64,000 nucleotides of DNA from a virus. Lineage: Duplodnaviria; Caudoviricetes. Each line of letters opens with the position of its first letter. Within the stretch, counting starts at the first letter, position 1. A model generated the notes under the pieces. The model did no database searches. It saw only the letters and a list, made by a program, of their open reading frames with translations, and was not told the DNA's origin. This document shows positions 11,401 to 19,657 of the stretch, in pieces. Both the position numbers and the translations under genes were made by a program. Location: the IMG/VR virus record IMGVR_UViG_3300032782_000002, one strand, 5' to 3'.

Positions 11401-12619
11401 GCCCCCGTACACGCTGCTGCCCGAGTGGCAGCGGCTGACGCCCGGAGCAATGCTGGATACTGGGGTCATCGGGGCCATCTCGCGCGGTGCTGGAGCGGCC
11501 GCACAGCCTCCGGTGATCGTCAAGGCGTTCGTGCTGCCGCCGACCACCGTGCTGCCGGAGTGGCAACGCCTGATGAACGGCGAGCAGCTGGAGGATGCCG
11601 GCGTCATCGGAGCCATCACCCGCGGGTCCGGCTTCCCGCCGCAGCCGCCCGTCATCATCACCGGACCGATCGATCCGCGCCCGCCCTGGCCGACCACGGT
11701 GGACGAGATCCTCACCGGCTACGGTCAGCCCGCGCAGCCACCGATCATCATCGTAGGGCCGCCCGATCCGCGGTCGCCTTGGCCCACGACGACCGACGAG
11801 CTGCTCACAGGCTACGGGCAAGCAGCGCAGCCCCCTGTGATCGTCAAGGCGTTCCTCCTGCCACCAGCCGCCGAGCTGCCGCCGCCGTACTTGCTCATCC
11901 CGGGCGCCAACCGGCCTGTCGAGGCGCAGATCATCGAGGCCACGCTGCTGCCGCCCGACGCGGAGCTGCCGCCCTCGCAGTGGCTGACAGCGGGCTCGCT
12001 GCTGAACCACGCGACCGTCGATGCCCTGACGGGCGGATTCGGTCAGCCCGCGCAGCCGCCGGTCATCCTCGCCTCGAAGCTGCCGTTCGTCGCCGAGCTG
12101 CCCCCGCGGCTCGTCGTGCTCGGCATCGGCCCGCTCGTCAAGCCGACCGCGAAGATCATCCTGGCGTTCGCGCTGCCGCCGCTGGCGGAGCTGCCGCCCT
12201 TCGACTCGATCATCCCCGGCGGCGGCGTGCTGCCGCCGGTGGTCACCAAGCGCCGTCGCCTGAGCGGCCAGGAAGACGTCTTCGTCTACGACGAGCGACC
12301 GATCATCCTGCAGCTGGCCGTGCAGGCCGTCATGGGCACGCTGGCCGCGCCCTCGACGCTGCCGACCGCTTCCCCCGCGACACCGCAGACCGCCGACCGG
12401 ATCCTCGTTGCGGTGGGCAACGATGCCATCGTGCGCGCGCCGGCTGCCGGGTGGCTGCGCACGGCATCGGGCGGCTCGCTGGGCCTGCGCGCCTCCATCG
12501 CGGGCGACGACGGTCTGTCCTACGCCGTGCTCAACCTCGGCACGATCGTCGGCCAGATCCCGCGCCGCGTCGTGGCGCACGAGATCATCGGCCGCACTCC
12601 TAAGAAGTCGGGCGCGTGA
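5423..12619 (+). CDS. Giant 2398-aa putative spike/fibre/adhesin: beta-rich domains plus a Pro-rich repeat stalk
   Basis: GAGGAGG RBS; three copies of a GxxIVVxV..VTDTxGNxY domain; about 25 G[YFAS]GQ[AP]AQPPV repeats. Confidence 0.8.
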   Translation: MAIVGGIIVAGAIGTLQDTVAQASLGAIVAATVPSVPDLPPAQLLTGGVYALNGATKEGRAFTSGPGAIGAGAGTQGTSLKWYFINAAAAGSSHMALTTGPAPATATLASTGWTVGTTASGNYSEFLYNTKRAAATFGSTVLPNAAPTTNDCARTQSPYTGYFAAGTWSIKVSFIAGVAATGSGNLRVRVWRSSNPTGSGAVELTTATLALSGVSNLTTSTAQNTSVTWNPGPITLNNEYLFFEMAWNITGASASSTASVEWRTDATNSIITAPAFTSTSVGGAIVTGGTELPTMSQNLIGITQAADILYPVPLPPTQYIQPGANLPIKGGVNVTGALGTLLAGSMAALPTYVGNLAVGEATTSATFGSKVKPGRAIVVIVANQGSSGVTFTGVTDTEGNTYVPVGNGIYDNVTNNTQMQFYVAFNVAGDPVTPNTVSFTTSGSTSALAIYAFEVSGIAAFDNGAGATGSSATAATGAFQVHHGQSIIFAATINSGSGSAATAPFKLIQKTANFADILEYATLGGPGAINAQAALSGSQTWGIVAASFYAPSDTSSINARVAAPAVYTDLPVPLEQIFAGVVPPPPVPVPFQTLYYGLPPPVPDFPILLSQFLMSGEAEGILDSTTIGVGSGVYPLGGLNITGQLGTLYVQASTTPAIAFKQGTSVEQPAGSIASPATTTAFSSSNVAGNAIVVFVLCGMTYPHNGFPGTTVTDTQGNTYNLVQQWDGTASASFGATSMGVYVAFGVKGGSGNQVLCNFTTTNVHEMSAVAVEYSGINAYDAGGADDTSTFGAQLATVDTGSFTTNQVGVILAAASSSAASVSSAGAGYALRLSTSIVATGAEDKVNAAAGTNDATLVFSGTGNWGIIAANFYWSGGSVPTPFNALRPAPSDAALLPMPMALDNGESLGITGAYGAQITTGFGGAGPPPTAVILNNIPLPPTELDLPPFQALDNGESYGITGAFGAQITTGFGQPAQVAVIYDNLLLPPTFPFETPPPQALYAGRPFTVVQTPTLFVQGSSAISFSTVPTLDAAAFPNAQTAGDTIVVFVGTNVKTDIVTGVTDTAGNHYVRGGVQFGSLNNFTVTMYYATNIKAANAGTNVVTASFSPNAVHPEILVAEYSGIGSLYTTVGGESAIATLTLTGASNTPGQIFIGSANSASGLIPQPPANQRVLDGYSDAIYDLMAPSPGTYTITEFGSNAVGLLGIFTPQYSASLNTTAIGGFNSIALGANVIQPPSMLAPALLPPDTRLPPLDYVLAGVAPTTTQAVILQATQAPAAADLPAWERLTSGLYQDASVIGAIARGAGQAAQPPVVIVGPPDARSPWPTTVDELLVGYGQAAQPPVIVKPYLLPPSADLPPLDSVLKGYGQAAQPPVLVEAFLLPPDTLLPPWDRLTSGIYQDASVIGAIARGVGQAAQPPVIIAQPLVAPETQLPPRDQLGSGQAFIGTWDAFTGGFGQAAQPPVIVKPFILPPETQLPPHDYVLTGYGQAAQPPFFVQPVLVPPFADLPPWDRLTSGIYQDASVVGAIARGAGQAGQPPVIVRAVLLPPDTPLPPWERLTSGVYQDASVIGAIARGAGYPAQPPAIIVGPVDPRSPWPTTVDELLTGYGQAAQPPVIVKPDLLPPATDLPPVDTILAGYGQAAEAPFFVRPFLLPPETLLPPKDYIFAGAGQAAQPPVIVYARTIPPETQLPPNDYVLKGYGQPAQPPVIMVGPIDPRAPWPTTTDELLVGYGQPAQPPVILVGPPDARSPWPTTVDELLTGYGQAAQPPAIIKPFLLPPDTPLPEWQRLTAGAMLDAGVIGAISRGAGQAAQPPVIAKQDLLPPFTTLPEWQRLTAGALLDSAVIGAISRGSGQAAQPPVIVKPDLLPPSADLPPLDYSIAGFGQAAQPPVIIYARVVPPDAALPPTDYVIKGFGQAAQPPVIVVGPVDPRSPWPTTVDELLTGYGQAAQPPVIVFARLIPPEAPLPPPQQIEPGAGFPPQPPNITFPVIVPPYTLLPEWQRLTPGAMLDTGVIGAISRGAGAAAQPPVIVKAFVLPPTTVLPEWQRLMNGEQLEDAGVIGAITRGSGFPPQPPVIITGPIDPRPPWPTTVDEILTGYGQPAQPPIIIVGPPDPRSPWPTTTDELLTGYGQAAQPPVIVKAFLLPPAAELPPPYLLIPGANRPVEAQIIEATLLPPDAELPPSQWLTAGSLLNHATVDALTGGFGQPAQPPVILASKLPFVAELPPRLVVLGIGPLVKPTAKIILAFALPPLAELPPFDSIIPGGGVLPPVVTKRRRLSGQEDVFVYDERPIILQLAVQAVMGTLAAPSTLPTASPATPQTADRILVAVGNDAIVRAPAAGWLRTASGGSLGLRASIAGDDGLSYAVLNLGTIVGQIPRRVVAHEIIGRTPKKSGA
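9140..12240 (+). repeat. Coding tandem repeat region, about 25 units of 30-42 aa
   Basis: Recurring GxGQAAQPPVIV with three alternative linker types. Confidence 0.9.
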
Positions 12620-13028
12620 GGTAGGCGATCCCGAGCAGGCCGATGGGCAGCCCGAAGGCCGCGCCCATCGCGACCGCCCAGCTCGCGCCGAGCCACTTGG
12701 CGACCGCGAAACCACCGAGCGCAAGGATCGCCATGCCGATGTGGGCCGACGTTACCTGGGGCACACCGCCGGTCACGGTCAGCACGTACGGATCGTACTG
12801 CGGTGGAGGCACGGGCACGGGCTGCCCTGGCGTACCGAATGCCCAGTCGTCGCCGCCGGCACGCTCGACGTGGACAGGACCCCCGCGCTGCTGGCGGTGC
12901 ATCCGGGTGTCGACGACCCAGTAGGCGGCCTCGCCCGAGTGCTCGGGGACGAAGTCCACACGCAGATTCGTATCCGCCCCGACGTAGATCTTGGGGTCTG
13001 CAGTCTGCGGCGCGGGGCTCGGCGTCAC
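12600..13028 (-). CDS. Small membrane protein
   Basis: Two C-terminal hydrophobic helices. Confidence 0.6.
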   Translation of the reverse strand: MTPSPAPQTADPKIYVGADTNLRVDFVPEHSGEAAYWVVDTRMHRQQRGGPVHVERAGGDDWAFGTPGQPVPVPPPQYDPYVLTVTGGVPQVTSAHIGMAILALGGFAVAKWLGASWAVAMGAAFGLPIGLLGIAYLTRPTS

Positions 13029-13073
13029 GCGCCTAGTCTAGCAGCTACCCCGGGAGGGTGAAAACAGGCCGTC

Positions 13074-13472
13074 TCAGTTGCGCACGACGTGCTCGATCAG
13101 GTGCCGCACCGCGTGCACCATCTTGGCCACGTCCTGGGCGGCGGGCGGGTAGCTGATTCGGGATCCGGGGGCACCGTCGTTGCGCACCCAGGTCGCTGTC
13201 ATGCGGATGGCCCTGCCAGGCCCTGACGCCGACGGCTCGTTGATGCGTTCGATCACGAGCTTGCGCTCCAGCGTCTTGCCCTTCCAGCGATCGGCCCACC
13301 CGCGCGCCTCGTCGAGCGCCTCCTGGGTCTCCGGCTCGCCCGCCCACTCGGCCGGCGCGTCCTCCTCGCCGAGAATCACGCGGATGATGCGGGCCATGCC
13401 CGTGAACCACGCGTCGTCCACCTGCGGCGGGGGAGCCAGCACGCCCCCACCCACGATCTGCGTCTCGCCCAT
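13074..13472 (-). CDS. Hypothetical protein
   Basis: GGAGG RBS; packed in operon. Confidence 0.6.
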   Translation of the reverse strand: MGETQIVGGGVLAPPPQVDDAWFTGMARIIRVILGEEDAPAEWAGEPETQEALDEARGWADRWKGKTLERKLVIERINEPSASGPGRAIRMTATWVRNDGAPGSRISYPPAAQDVAKMVHAVRHLIEHVVRN

Positions 13473-13481
13473 GACGTCCTC

Positions 13482-13847
13482 CTACGAGTAGTTCTCCTCG
13501 TCCAAGCGCATGTCCTCGGGGTTGTTGCGCCCCGAGTCCTGGCTGATCATCTTGAGGTACTTCTCGACCTTCTCGCGGATGACGCGACGGATCTGTTCGT
13601 CGTGCGCAGGAGTGCCGCTGGCGAAGCCCCTGGTGGCGAACGAGATGCAGAGCGCGGGTCTGCCCATCGCATCCGGATGGTTGAACACGATGAGCAAGGC
13701 CGGGATACGAAGCTCCGGCCGGCGCACGCGCGACTTCGGATCCTCGCCGAGCCACACGCACCGAAACTCGGCCTTGTCGATGCACTTGAGGTCCTTCAGG
13801 ACCTCCATGGCCAGCTCCTCGGTTCGCTTGTGCTTGACGCGTTCCAT
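13482..13847 (-). CDS. Hypothetical protein
   Basis: MERVKHKR start overlapping the upstream stop (TGATG). Confidence 0.55.
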   Translation of the reverse strand: MERVKHKRTEELAMEVLKDLKCIDKAEFRCVWLGEDPKSRVRRPELRIPALLIVFNHPDAMGRPALCISFATRGFASGTPAHDEQIRRVIREKVEKYLKMISQDSGRNNPEDMRLDEENYS

Positions 13848-14010
13848 CAGGCCAAACCTGCCTCTCGGATACGACGGAGCAACTCTTTTGCCGCGTCCAC
13901 ACGCTCCCAGCGCTCGCCGTTGTCCTCCATGTCTTGGAGCTTGCCGGGCGTGCCTGGATCCCCGAGCGCCATCTGCTCCTCGATGTACTTCTCGACGATC
14001 TCGACGGCGG

Positions 14011-14913
14011 TCATCTCTTGTCCTCCCCGCGTTCTTTCTTCCAGACAGCCATGGCGCGGCTGGCGAGGCGCGCGCGATTGACGTCGCGGACCGCCTTGAG
14101 AAGCGTAGCACCGGGCATGTTGGCCAGGACCGCCACGTCGCGGGCGAGCGTGCCGCCGTAGCCGTCGCCAGCTACCAGGGGCGCGCGGCGACCAATGCGC
14201 CCATCGGCACGAAGCCCTGCGGTGACGCGCGCCATGTCGACACCGCGCCCCTCGCTCAGGACAGCCAGCTCGTTGGCCAGGCTGATGTTGGTCGCGAGCC
14301 ACGCATTGGTGGCGTGCTTGATCATCTCGGCCGTGGCCAGGTTGGTGCGCATGATCGGCGATGCGACCGAGATCCCGTCGAGCATCTCCGCAACGCGCGT
14401 CTGCGTATCCTGGTCGTCGGCACCGACCACGATCCGGTCGGCGTTGAGGAACGTGCGCACGCCATCGCCCAGACGCATGTTCTCGGGCACGTACGCAACG
14501 GGCGTCAGCAGCTCGTCTTGGATGCGCCGGCACGTACCGATGGGCACCTGGCTGCTGATGACGATACGCGGCGCCCAGCCGCGGTACACCTCCGTCGCCT
14601 GAGTCAGCACGGACAGATCCGGGCCGTCGTCGGGATTCGACGGGACGTCCATGGCCATCCACACCGCGTCGAACACCCCCGGCGGGCCCCCAGCAGTCGC
14701 CGGAAACACATGAAGGCGTCCGGCCGCCGTGCCCTCCCCGACGAGATCGGACAGGCGCGGCTCATGGACATCGAGGGTGGGCGCGACGCCGTCCGGGAAG
14801 CCACCTGTCTGGTGTGTGAGCGTGACGTCGTGGCCGATGTGCCCGAGACACGCCCAGGTCACGATGGCGTTCTGCCAGTCGCCCACCACCAGGATCTTCA
14901 TCTTGGGCTTCAC
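14011..14913 (-). CDS. UDP-glucose/GDP-mannose dehydrogenase family protein, truncated and Cys-less variant
   Basis: SSQVPIGT, YVPENMRLGD, RIVVG, AEMIKHATNAWLATNISLANELA, DGRIG, GYGGTLARD. Confidence 0.85.
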   Translation of the reverse strand: MKPKMKILVVGDWQNAIVTWACLGHIGHDVTLTHQTGGFPDGVAPTLDVHEPRLSDLVGEGTAAGRLHVFPATAGGPPGVFDAVWMAMDVPSNPDDGPDLSVLTQATEVYRGWAPRIVISSQVPIGTCRRIQDELLTPVAYVPENMRLGDGVRTFLNADRIVVGADDQDTQTRVAEMLDGISVASPIMRTNLATAEMIKHATNAWLATNISLANELAVLSEGRGVDMARVTAGLRADGRIGRRAPLVAGDGYGGTLARDVAVLANMPGATLLKAVRDVNRARLASRAMAVWKKERGEDKR

Positions 14914-16247
14914 AGCTTCTCCAGAGCGCGTTCGATCGACGCGATGTAGTTGGCGTGCGGGTTCCAGTCCCCGCGCGTGCGCAGCACGCAGGCGAGCGCC
15001 TCGGGCTTGGACATCTTCAGTCCTGCACGAAGCGCCATATAGCCCATCGCCGGCCCGCGGCTGCCGCCCATGCGGCAGTGACAGTAGAGGATCGTGCCGG
15101 ATTCGCTCAGGACGCGCTCGGCGAACTCGATACCCTTGCCTAGATCCGGAGGGTTCGAGCGGCGTTCGATCGGCTCACCGTCATCGTAGAACGGCAGCGC
15201 GCAGAGCCGATCGCGCGGCCACCACACCGCGTCGTTGTGCTCGTCGGCCGTGATGACATGCGTCACGCCCAGCTGCTTGATCTTGGCCAGGCTCTCGTGT
15301 GTCAGCAGACCGCCCACCAGAACACGATCGTGCGCCCAGTACATGCGCGCCTCGCCGAAGTTCGTCTTGTAGATCATGACGTGCCCGTCGCCCTTGGCGG
15401 GATCGAGGGGCGACGCGGCGACGAGGTTCGGCTTCCACACGTCGAGGCACTCGCGACACGCACGCAGACCGTCCGCGCGCAGAAACCCGCGGCGTAGACC
15501 CGGACCCGGACGGCACGCCGTGCATTCCGTCAGGAACGCGGGGCGTACGAACTTGAGCGTGCCGTAGTGGCCCCAGAAGCGCTCGCCCATCGTTTCGAGC
15601 GGCTCGCGGATGCGCTGCTCGACGCAGCGGAAGCCGCGACTCGCCAGAAACGCGCCGATGTAGAACTGGTCGGACCACTCGTGCCACTCCAGCATCACCG
15701 CGATGACGCCGTCGAGGTGCTTGTAGCCCTGCAGGATGGGGATCTCGGAGCCCTCCGTGTCGATCTTGAGCAGATCGCACGGCGGCAGATCGGCCGCCGA
15801 CACGGTCCGGACGCGGAAGGTCTTGTCGGGGCGCTGGCCGCCGGTGCACTCCAGACTCGCCATGCCGGACATGCCCGTGTCGCTGTCGGCTCCGTCGAAG
15901 AGCGGCACGTCGTCGAGCGGCACCATCTCACCGTCGGCGCGCTGGCAGTTGACGATCGCAGCCTCGACGAGGTCGACGTCGGGACAGTTCTTGCGGTACC
16001 AGCCGATGTTGATCGGGTGGGGCTCGTACGCGTGGACGGTGCAGCCTGGATACTCGAACTGCGCCCACTTGGTGAACGCGCCGATATTGGCGCCTGCGTC
16101 GATGAGGACGGGCGGCCGCCCAAGCTTGGCGATGTCGAGCACGTCGATCCGGTACTCGCCGTCGAGCACCTCTTGGAGCCCCTCGCGCACGCCCGGATGG
16201 TCGGGCATGAACGGCAGCTCGGGGCGCTTGAATTCGTCGTCGCTCAC
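14910..16247 (-). CDS. FkbM-family methyltransferase fused to a CxxC pair and a dual-specificity phosphatase
   Basis: IDAGANIGAF, AYEPHP, LLKIDTEGSE; CTAC..CREC; HCRMGGSRG (CX5R). Confidence 0.85.
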   Translation of the reverse strand: MSDDEFKRPELPFMPDHPGVREGLQEVLDGEYRIDVLDIAKLGRPPVLIDAGANIGAFTKWAQFEYPGCTVHAYEPHPINIGWYRKNCPDVDLVEAAIVNCQRADGEMVPLDDVPLFDGADSDTGMSGMASLECTGGQRPDKTFRVRTVSAADLPPCDLLKIDTEGSEIPILQGYKHLDGVIAVMLEWHEWSDQFYIGAFLASRGFRCVEQRIREPLETMGERFWGHYGTLKFVRPAFLTECTACRPGPGLRRGFLRADGLRACRECLDVWKPNLVAASPLDPAKGDGHVMIYKTNFGEARMYWAHDRVLVGGLLTHESLAKIKQLGVTHVITADEHNDAVWWPRDRLCALPFYDDGEPIERRSNPPDLGKGIEFAERVLSESGTILYCHCRMGGSRGPAMGYMALRAGLKMSKPEALACVLRTRGDWNPHANYIASIERALEKL

Positions 16248-18256
16248 AGGCCCAGAACCTCCTCCCACTGCTTCGCGATGGTGTCCGGCGATCGGTCGGC
16301 GAGCTGCTCGCGCGGCGCGCACCAGTTGCCCTCCGGCTCGTCCAGCGCGAGCAGGAAGTCACGACCGAACGTCTCGGGATCGCTGGTCACCAGCCGGGAG
16401 TTGGTGAGCGCTTCGCGGATGCCGCCGATGCCGCGCAAGCACAGGATGTGCGGCCGCGTGCCAGCCATCTCGGCCAGGACCGCGAGGCAACAGTTGTGCA
16501 CTACAATGCCGTCTGCGACGAAGGTGTGGCATCCCTCGACTTCCATGTCAAACACGGGGCCCCCAGGAATACGGCGAACCTCCACGACCTTGTGGTTGCG
16601 CGCACGGCGTGCCTCCAGCGCACTCTCGATTCCGCCGTGCGTGCGCACCGCACGCAGCATCTCCCTCACGTACTTCGCGGTACTGCCGACACGGTCCGCG
16701 ATCTCAGCGACCGCGACCCCTTTGGCAGCCAGTTCAACAACTGTCGCAAAGCGCGCAGCACTCCGTGTACGACGCGTCTCGAAACTGGCGTTCGCTGCCT
16801 TCTGGCGTCCATGTCGAATCTGCGCGGCGTAGGCCGGATCCGTCAGGATCTTTCTGGCGCGCGTCGCGGCGCGCTTGTTCGCCTGTATCGACAACACCGC
16901 GGCCCGTTGCGCAAACGGCAAGCTAGCCAGCGCATCCCAGTAGCGCCGCAAGTTGTTCGCGTCGGACCGAATATCCCGCCCACAAAAAGTCTTGCGGAAG
17001 TGATCCGCCATCGACAGCACCTGCAGCATCTCGGGACTGTTATCGAGCCGCTCTGCGTCCAGATGATCTACATGCTCGTTCGAGTCCAGCGGACGCCCCC
17101 GCATCCACTCCCCAACCAGACGATGCTCGTTCGCCCATCGCCCATCGCCATCTTGGACTGCCACGTTGTAGCGGTAGTTCAACGCCAGCAGCCGGGTGCC
17201 CGGCTTCAGATCTCCGGCATGTACCCACTCACGATTCCACGTCATGACCAGATGCTCTGGCGTGACCCGTAGCGGGCCGCCCTCATCCAGTACGACTTCA
17301 ACCATCTCCGACGCGATCTTCGTCTGCCACACGCGGTTGCACGTCGCGATGCGAAAACGACTCTCAGCTTCGTCCCATGCGTACACAGGGAAGCCGCTCT
17401 TCCCGACGAGATCCGCAATGCGCACTGTCGGCTTACCACCACGATGATTGCCGGGCACCGAGATACGCGAATCGGGGTGTAGACAGAACACCTCCGCGAA
17501 CCGAGCCACGTAGAAGAGGCCCTCGCTCTCGGCGACGAGCCGACGGTACGACTCGATCGTCGGGGTCTCGACAGTGTGGATGCCGTAGCCCTCGGCCTCC
17601 TCGGGCATGTCGGGCAGCCCACCGGAGAACTCGGGGACGGCCACGGCGAGGCTCAGACCGAGCTTCGCGCGCGCTCCGGGGTGGCGCTCGTCGAGCTGCG
17701 ACATGAAGAACGCCCAGTAGCGCATCGTGTCCTTGAGCCCCTTGCGGGCAGCGCTGGCGTAGACGAACTGGCCGAGCTTCTTCTCGACGATCGGGGGCGC
17801 CTCGACGATCGGCGCAATGACCGCCTTGTGCTTCGCGAAGGGGTAGAGCGTGGTCTGCCACTTCGTGTTGCACACGAGGATCCCACCGTCGTGGGCGAGC
17901 AGGCGCGCCAGGGCGTCGTAGTCGCGCGCGTCGCAGTGATCGTTGCAGCGTACGACGGTGCGATCGGCGAGGACCTGCCGGCCCGGCGGAGGCAGCGTGT
18001 AGCGCTGCAGGTAGAGCGCCTTGACGCGCCGGGGCAGGTGCTTGTGCGACGTGTAGATCACGCCGTCGTCCATGCCGCAGTCCTCGTCGTCGAGATCGAG
18101 CGCGAGGGTCACGCGGTGTCCGCGCTTGGCGAGCGCCGTGGCGACCTGCACGAGTTCCAGCTCACTGCCGCCTGCACCGCAGCGCCGGAGCGTGGCCGCC
18201 GTCACGGGCGGCCCCACAGTGCTGTAGAGCAGCACGTCGGTGTCGTACACGCTCAT
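16244..18256 (-). CDS. GT-B (GT4-like) glycosyltransferase interrupted by an intein
   Basis: GAGGSE..LAKRGHRV, YASAARKGL; spliced junction gives FAEVF-CCLAVLAEMAG. Confidence 0.85.
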   Translation of the reverse strand: MSVYDTDVLLYSTVGPPVTAATLRRCGAGGSELELVQVATALAKRGHRVTLALDLDDEDCGMDDGVIYTSHKHLPRRVKALYLQRYTLPPPGRQVLADRTVVRCNDHCDARDYDALARLLAHDGGILVCNTKWQTTLYPFAKHKAVIAPIVEAPPIVEKKLGQFVYASAARKGLKDTMRYWAFFMSQLDERHPGARAKLGLSLAVAVPEFSGGLPDMPEEAEGYGIHTVETPTIESYRRLVAESEGLFYVARFAEVFCLHPDSRISVPGNHRGGKPTVRIADLVGKSGFPVYAWDEAESRFRIATCNRVWQTKIASEMVEVVLDEGGPLRVTPEHLVMTWNREWVHAGDLKPGTRLLALNYRYNVAVQDGDGRWANEHRLVGEWMRGRPLDSNEHVDHLDAERLDNSPEMLQVLSMADHFRKTFCGRDIRSDANNLRRYWDALASLPFAQRAAVLSIQANKRAATRARKILTDPAYAAQIRHGRQKAANASFETRRTRSAARFATVVELAAKGVAVAEIADRVGSTAKYVREMLRAVRTHGGIESALEARRARNHKVVEVRRIPGGPVFDMEVEGCHTFVADGIVVHNCCLAVLAEMAGTRPHILCLRGIGGIREALTNSRLVTSDPETFGRDFLLALDEPEGNWCAPREQLADRSPDTIAKQWEEVLGL
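16493..17485 (-). mobile_element. Intein (331 aa) carrying an HNH homing endonuclease and HTH
   Basis: N-terminal CLHPDSRI, block B LRVTPEHLV, HNH EHVDHLDAERLDN, C-terminal VFDMEVEGCHTFVADGIVVHN followed by Cys. Confidence 0.9.
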
Positions 18257-18963
18257 TCGGGGCCGATCCCTTCCGGCGTCTCGATGGTGCGCAGCAGGAT
18301 CGGCAGGTAGCAGCCGCTGCGGGCGCCGTTACGCACGTGGCCGTCGGGCGCGAGCCAGAGCGGCTCGCCCATCTCCTTGACCCAGCGGTGGCTGAAGGAC
18401 ACGTCCTCGTAGCAGCGGATCCCCAGCTCGTTGTCGACCAGATCGAATGCGGGGACGCACGTGCCGGCATCCCGGGGCGCGCCTTGGCCCCGCAGGCCGT
18501 AGCGGGCGGCGACCTTCTTGGCTGCCGTGACGCGCATCATCAGCAGCCCGAAGCCGGAGAAGATGCACTGCACGAGGCGCTTGTCCTCGCTCCACACCCC
18601 GCGCCCCTGCCCGTCCACGATCGGCTCGACGCTCCAGCCCACCTCATGCGACTCGGCATTCTCCGCCGCCTTGAGCGGGTAGGCGCGCGCGATGACTTCC
18701 TCGGGGCGGTGCATCAGCTCGAAGATGAGATTGGCGTCCGCGTCGACGTCGCTGTCGAGCCACACGCCCCAGTCCTCATCGTTGTAACGACTCAGCACGT
18801 AGATCAGGCGGTTGCGCGCCTGATCGATGAGCTGCGCCAGCTTGCAGTCCTCGAAGATGAGGTTCACGTCGCGCTCGATGCAGCCGGCCTTGAGGTCGGC
18901 CACCATGTCGCGCTGCTCGACGGAGACCGAGCCGCGGCTCGGCGACAGGACGATGAGGTTCAC
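18253..18963 (-). CDS. GT-A fold glycosyltransferase-like protein, similar to 532-1410
   Basis: IDQARNRL, WLDSDV (DxD), GFGLLMM, EDVSFSHRW. Confidence 0.7.
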   Translation of the reverse strand: MNLIVLSPSRGSVSVEQRDMVADLKAGCIERDVNLIFEDCKLAQLIDQARNRLIYVLSRYNDEDWGVWLDSDVDADANLIFELMHRPEEVIARAYPLKAAENAESHEVGWSVEPIVDGQGRGVWSEDKRLVQCIFSGFGLLMMRVTAAKKVAARYGLRGQGAPRDAGTCVPAFDLVDNELGIRCYEDVSFSHRWVKEMGEPLWLAPDGHVRNGARSGCYLPILLRTIETPEGIGPE

Positions 18964-18970
18964 GTCGCGC

Positions 18971-19408
18971 TTACGCCTTGTTGCGGCGACGCTTGCCGGT
19001 GACCTTGTCGACGGGACCGAGCATGGCGCGCGCGAGGATGTCGAAGCACCACTCACGCAGGCCGTCGGAGACCTCCTCCATGAACTGCACGCTCGACACG
19101 TAGACGTCGCGAACCGGATGGAGCGAGTCCACGTCCATCACGAAACCGCAGTCGAAGGCGCTCTGGGCACCGCCCCGCGGGCCGTTCGGGGTCATGACCA
19201 TGACGGGCGTGCGTGGGGGGCTCGGCACCACCAGGGCGCACTCCAGGGTCATCGTGCGGGTGGCCTTGTCGTACTCGCCCACCTTGCCAAGCCACGCCGC
19301 ACCGCTGACCTCGTTGACGAGCGCCCAGCCTTCGAGGCTCTTGGGGATGACGTGCTCGACGTCGTGATCCTTCACACGGATCCGGAAGCGGATCTCTTCT
19401 TCGGCCAC
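18971..19408 (-). CDS. Hypothetical protein
   Basis: AAGGAG RBS; 145 aa. Confidence 0.6.
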   Translation of the reverse strand: MAEEEIRFRIRVKDHDVEHVIPKSLEGWALVNEVSGAAWLGKVGEYDKATRTMTLECALVVPSPPRTPVMVMTPNGPRGGAQSAFDCGFVMDVDSLHPVRDVYVSSVQFMEEVSDGLREWCFDILARAMLGPVDKVTGKRRRNKA

Positions 19409-19566
19409 GGGGTGTCTCCTTTGCGGGCGCCGTCCAGTAGGGTGAGCCGGATCCAGGCGGACAGAGACAGACCGCGCGCCTGCGCCTGGCGCACGAACGC
19501 GTCTTTCTCCTCCGCCTTGACCTTGATGTGGATCTGCTCGTTACGGGGCAAGCTGATGCGTGACAT
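19372..19566 (-). CDS. Ribbon-helix-helix DNA-binding protein
   Basis: QIHIKVKAEEKDAFVRQAQARGLSLSAWIRLTL. Confidence 0.75.
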   Translation of the reverse strand: MSRISLPRNEQIHIKVKAEEKDAFVRQAQARGLSLSAWIRLTLLDGARKGDTPWPKKRSASGSV

Positions 19567-19657
19567 ACACAACGTGTAGACGGCCGTCAAGCTCGCTTCT
19601 GGCAGGAGCTGACGAGATCGGCTCACACCCGCGCCGATCTGCGCTAAACTACTCGCC

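Noticed and set aside
9140-12240. Diversity-generating retroelement or non-coding repeat array
   Set aside because: Repeats are in frame and vary at synonymous sites, not specifically at adenines; no reverse transcriptase seen
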